DNA from: Candidatus Hermodarchaeota archaeon
GTDB lineage: Archaea > Asgardarchaeota > Lokiarchaeia > Sigyniarchaeales > SOKP01
Direction: 5' to 3'
DNA: 22,206 bases
Assembly (NCBI GenBank): GCA_048885925.1
Contig: JBHLLG010000047.1
Span: forward strand, 1 to 22,206
In this document: positions 17,594 through 22,206 of the stretch, one piece after another
Position numbering within the stretch: position 1 is the stretch's first letter
Layout: each line of letters starts with the position of its first letter
Program-made: the position numbers and the translations under genes
Notes under the pieces: generated by a model
Told to the model about the DNA's origin: nothing
Databases searched by the model: none
Seen by the model: the letters and a program-made list of their open reading frames with translations, nothing else

Positions 17594-18166
17594 TTAATAT
17601 ACCAAATCAGAATAGAGAGGACCTTGGCTTGTTAATTGAGACTTTTTTAACTTAACTCTATTGATATTGAAAGCTCCAAATTCCAAATCTTTATTCTCAT
17701 TAATTAATTTCTTGAAGATATCAAATGTTTTATAATTTATTCTGTTTTTTTGGAGTCTACCAATTGTTAAATGTGGTTTGAATATAGGTCTATTATCACG
17801 TTCGATCTTTAATTTTTCAAATAAAAAGTTTTCAGTTGTATCTTTAATTTTTTGTAAAAATTGTATATCTCCAAGTAGTTTTACCCATATAACAGAGAAT
17901 TTATTAAATTGACCTACTCCTTTTAAATGATATTTGAAAATTTTACTTTGAAATAATTTTTTATTAATCTCCTCTTGTAAAATAATATAAATTTGAGGTG
18001 CTAAAGGTTCAGGGATATTTCCTAAAAATTTTAATGTCATATGAAGATTTTCAGGTTCTACAATTTTAAGTTTAGATTGATTTTGCTTTAATCTCTGAGA
18101 GAATAAAGTGATTTTCTCAATTGTATCTTTTTCTTCTAATTCAATTGCTATAAATGATCGTATCAT
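17594..18166 (-). CDS. thpR: RNA 2',3'-cyclic phosphodiesterase (2H phosphoesterase, ThpR/LigT); likely start ATG at 18166
   Basis: MIRSFIAIEL, NLHMTLKFLG and FKPHLTIGR (two HxT motifs), KSQLTSQGPLY; ATGA overlap with the upstream stop. Confidence 0.93.
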   Translation of the reverse strand: MIRSFIAIELEEKDTIEKITLFSQRLKQNQSKLKIVEPENLHMTLKFLGNIPEPLAPQIYIILQEEINKKLFQSKIFKYHLKGVGQFNKFSVIWVKLLGDIQFLQKIKDTTENFLFEKLKIERDNRPIFKPHLTIGRLQKNRINYKTFDIFKKLINENKDLEFGAFNINRVKLKKSQLTSQGPLYSDLVY

Positions 18167-19299
18167 TTTATTTTCTCCCAATAATTAAAAATTCTCCATT
18201 TCTTTTCTTTTAATTGATTTTTATGTTCAGGTATAATGTGAATTTTTTTTAGATCTTCTATGGAAGAAGATTCTATAATCTTTATAATATCTTCTAGAAA
18301 AATAATATTCATTTTAGCTCGTGTATTGGCATTAGCAGAGGCATTATGAGGAATTAAAATCATTCTTATCTCTGGTTGGTTCTTTTTTATTCTTTTCAAC
18401 TTTCCAAGAGTAGTAGAGTCAATAGGTTCAACTGGAAACACATCAAATGCGAGATTAATTTGAATTTCTTTCTTTTCTAACAGATCTAATAAAATATTTA
18501 AATCTAAAACTCCTCCACGAGCAGTATTTACAAGTAAAGCATTTTTTTTCATCAACTTTAATAAGTCATAACTAATTAAATTTTCGGTATATTTATTTAA
18601 AGGAAGATGTAGACTAACAACGTCTGATTCTTTAAAAACGTCTTCAATTTTTTGTTTATATTCGATTAAAGGGAAATTTTTTTCAAATTCATTCATTCGT
18701 TTAATATCGTAATAAATAATTTTTACACCCCAAGGGTATAATTTCTTCACAATTTCCTTCCCAATTTCACCCAATCCTATAATTCCGACTGTTTTTTCGG
18801 TGATTACTGAAGATAAAGATTGATCTAAGTCCCATTTATCATCATGAGTCCATTGGGTATCCCATAAATAATTATGAAGATCAATTAGATTTCTTAAATT
18901 CGCCATGATTAGTGCTATAGTATAATCTGCTACTGTCTCGTATAGAACACCGGGAGTATGTGTAATTAAAATGTCATCTTTTTCAGTTCTTTGAATATGA
19001 TTATAACCAGCAGTTGAAGTAGAAATAGCAATAAGATTTGAATTTGTTAATATATCTGCGGATAGTTCATGACTTAAATGGCATGCAAGAATATCAGGAT
19101 TAAAATCTTCAATTGCTTTTTTAATTTGGTCCTTTGAGGGAAATCTTCCATTAAAGATTTTAATATTGGCAATTTGTTCTAATTTTTGCCATAACTTTCT
19201 AATGGTTAAACGAAAATTTTCAGAGATTTTTTCATTCGACCCAATTTCTTGAACTGAGAAAACATTTGAGGCAAAAAATACCTTAGGAAAATAAGTCAT
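18163..19299 (-). CDS. D-isomer-specific 2-hydroxyacid dehydrogenase (glyoxylate reductase-like)
   Basis: THTPGVL.ETVAD, GIIGLGEIG, SDVVSLHLPL, LVNTARG, DVFPVEP, PHNAS. Confidence 0.9.
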   Translation of the reverse strand: MTYFPKVFFASNVFSVQEIGSNEKISENFRLTIRKLWQKLEQIANIKIFNGRFPSKDQIKKAIEDFNPDILACHLSHELSADILTNSNLIAISTSTAGYNHIQRTEKDDILITHTPGVLYETVADYTIALIMANLRNLIDLHNYLWDTQWTHDDKWDLDQSLSSVITEKTVGIIGLGEIGKEIVKKLYPWGVKIIYYDIKRMNEFEKNFPLIEYKQKIEDVFKESDVVSLHLPLNKYTENLISYDLLKLMKKNALLVNTARGGVLDLNILLDLLEKKEIQINLAFDVFPVEPIDSTTLGKLKRIKKNQPEIRMILIPHNASANANTRAKMNIIFLEDIIKIIESSSIEDLKKIHIIPEHKNQLKEKKWRIFNYWEKIK

Positions 19300-19427
19300 T
19301 TCAATATATAGTATTATAAATTAGTTGAATTTTATGATTATAAGAATCTATTTGTACTTTTTATTATTATCAAAATTTATTAGAATAAAATCTATTTTAT
19401 AATTAAAAATTATAGTAGTAGTATAAA

Positions 19428-19553
19428 ATGGCCAAAGTGAAATGTCAACATTGCGACAAGGAAATTATTGGAGGAGCAAAAATACAACATTTTGATCTTA
19501 ATGAGTCTACTACTATTCATGTTTTCTGTTCAGAAAAATGCAAAAATGAATGA
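19428..19553 (+). CDS. Small TRASH/YHS-like metal-binding protein (41 aa; 51 aa to 19583 if the TGA is read through), absent from the ORF track
   Basis: MAKVKCQHCDKEIIGGAKIQHFDLNESTTIHVFCSEKCKNE: CxxC...FCSxxC pattern. Confidence 0.75.
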   Translation: MAKVKCQHCDKEIIGGAKIQHFDLNESTTIHVFCSEKCKNE

Positions 19554-19595
19554 ATCTCAAAGGAAGAAAAAAAGAAGAATTAAAGATTCTAAAAA

Positions 19596-20558
19596 TTATC
19601 TTTCAATCATACCTGGAAGATAATAATCATATTTTTTTCTCAATAATTTAGTTTTTATAAATCTATCAAATTTCCTCATTCTCTGATATAGAACCCAGAC
19701 GAATTTATCAGATTTATAATATTTCTCAATTTCTTCAAAATTTAAAGGCTCAATATTAAATTCACTAGCCTCTTCTTTTAAAAAATTATTAACTACTTTT
19801 ATTAAAGATGGAATTAATTCTGGTTTCTGCTCTTTAAAGAAATTAGCTACAAGATCAATAATTACTAATCTCCAATCATAATATCTATCAATTAGATCTT
19901 GGAGAAAAATCCTTTTTAATAGCCCTCTTATAAATGAAGGCATACTTTTTGTCAATAATTCAATTTCCATTGCTTCAATTCCATTTATACGGTAAAATGG
20001 CGGAACTGTATCTATATAAATTAGTTTTGGATTCTGTTCTACAACAGGATTTTCTGGATTGTAATTAAGAACTGCAAAATTTGAAATTTGTCCATCTAAT
20101 CCAACGTCATAAGTCTGATTTTCCCTATTAAAAGCCCAAACTTTTTTCATTTCTCTTAGTGCATTAAGAACTAGAATCTCAGTCTCTTTCTTACTAACTT
20201 TATGAATCACTTTATTACCAACAGATTCAGATAAAATTTTTTCTTGGATTGCATAAAAAATGATTTTTCCTTCATCATTTTCAAACCAAACTATATCAAG
20301 TGGAGGGGTTTTGATATTTAATTCTTCATTTAAAATTCTATTATATTCTCGAAACACATGTTCGTGCTTTTTTGCTTGTTCATGAGTTTCAAAAATCGGT
20401 AATCGTTTATAGGCATACTTATAATTATCATTAACTATTTCAAAAACTAATGTAATCTCTCCATAACCAAGAATTTTTATAGGCACTATTCCTCTTTCTG
20501 GATTGCCCGTATCGATTGTTCGTTCTAATTTTTTTAATAATTCAATATTTACTTCTAT
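19596..20558 (-). CDS. DUF6206-like protein (kinase-like N-lobe pattern); probable ATA start at 20558 rather than GTG at 20486
   Basis: KILGYGEITLVF, AYKRLPIF, GLDGQISNF, YIDTVPP; open frame upstream (EVNIELLKKLERTIDTGNPERG) bounded by an in-frame TGA inside the SD-like AAGTGA. Confidence 0.65.
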   Translation of the reverse strand: MEVNIELLKKLERTIDTGNPERGIVPIKILGYGEITLVFEIVNDNYKYAYKRLPIFETHEQAKKHEHVFREYNRILNEELNIKTPPLDIVWFENDEGKIIFYAIQEKILSESVGNKVIHKVSKKETEILVLNALREMKKVWAFNRENQTYDVGLDGQISNFAVLNYNPENPVVEQNPKLIYIDTVPPFYRINGIEAMEIELLTKSMPSFIRGLLKRIFLQDLIDRYYDWRLVIIDLVANFFKEQKPELIPSLIKVVNNFLKEEASEFNIEPLNFEEIEKYYKSDKFVWVLYQRMRKFDRFIKTKLLRKKYDYYLPGMIER

Positions 20559-20686
20559 GGCAACTCACTTTCGAAATTAGCTATATTACTTAATCATAAT
20601 TTAATTTTAATATTATTTAAAAGTATAAACTTTATTCTTTTTGTTTTCTTTAAAGAATTAAAAATGAGACTTAGTTGAAAAAATAG

Positions 20687-22206
<1,520 letters not shown>

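Noticed and set aside
2878-18165. Genome-wide reassignment of UGA (genetic code 4 or 25)
   Set aside because: TGA is the natural stop of rps11 (after the conserved GRRV end), trmB, the HIT gene, the DUF2299-like gene and the dehydrogenase, and Trp is encoded by TGG
15367-20570. In-frame TGA just upstream of the HIT and DUF6206-like genes as Sec codons
   Set aside because: They are part of the SD motif (GGTGA/AAGTGA), are not at Cys positions, and no SECIS-like element was seen for either gene

Overview
AT-rich archaeal chromosomal window, most consistent with an Asgard archaeon of the Lokiarchaeia type (archaeal rps13-rps4-rps11, archaeal histone, Rab-like GTPase, profilin-like domain, eukaryote-like SECIS). 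The ORF track splits or truncates several genes. Re-reading the sequence gives an intact hdrA (667 aa, 2 in-frame UGA at Cys positions), mvhD/vhuD (2 in-frame UGA at Cys positions) and frhB-like operon, with one SECIS-like hairpin after mvhD. Four genes (mvhD, HIT hydrolase, DUF6206-like, GH2 beta-galactosidase) appear to start at AUU/AUA codons behind Shine-Dalgarno motifs. The window also has a zinc-ribbon/profilin-like/Loki-domain fusion protein, a histone with a Lys/Ala/Pro N-terminal tail, serS, cofC, a TrmB regulator, a dehydrogenase-thpR-HAD operon and several small hypothetical genes. No rRNA, tRNA, CRISPR array or mobile element was recognised. All family calls come from motif recognition by eye, not from database searches.
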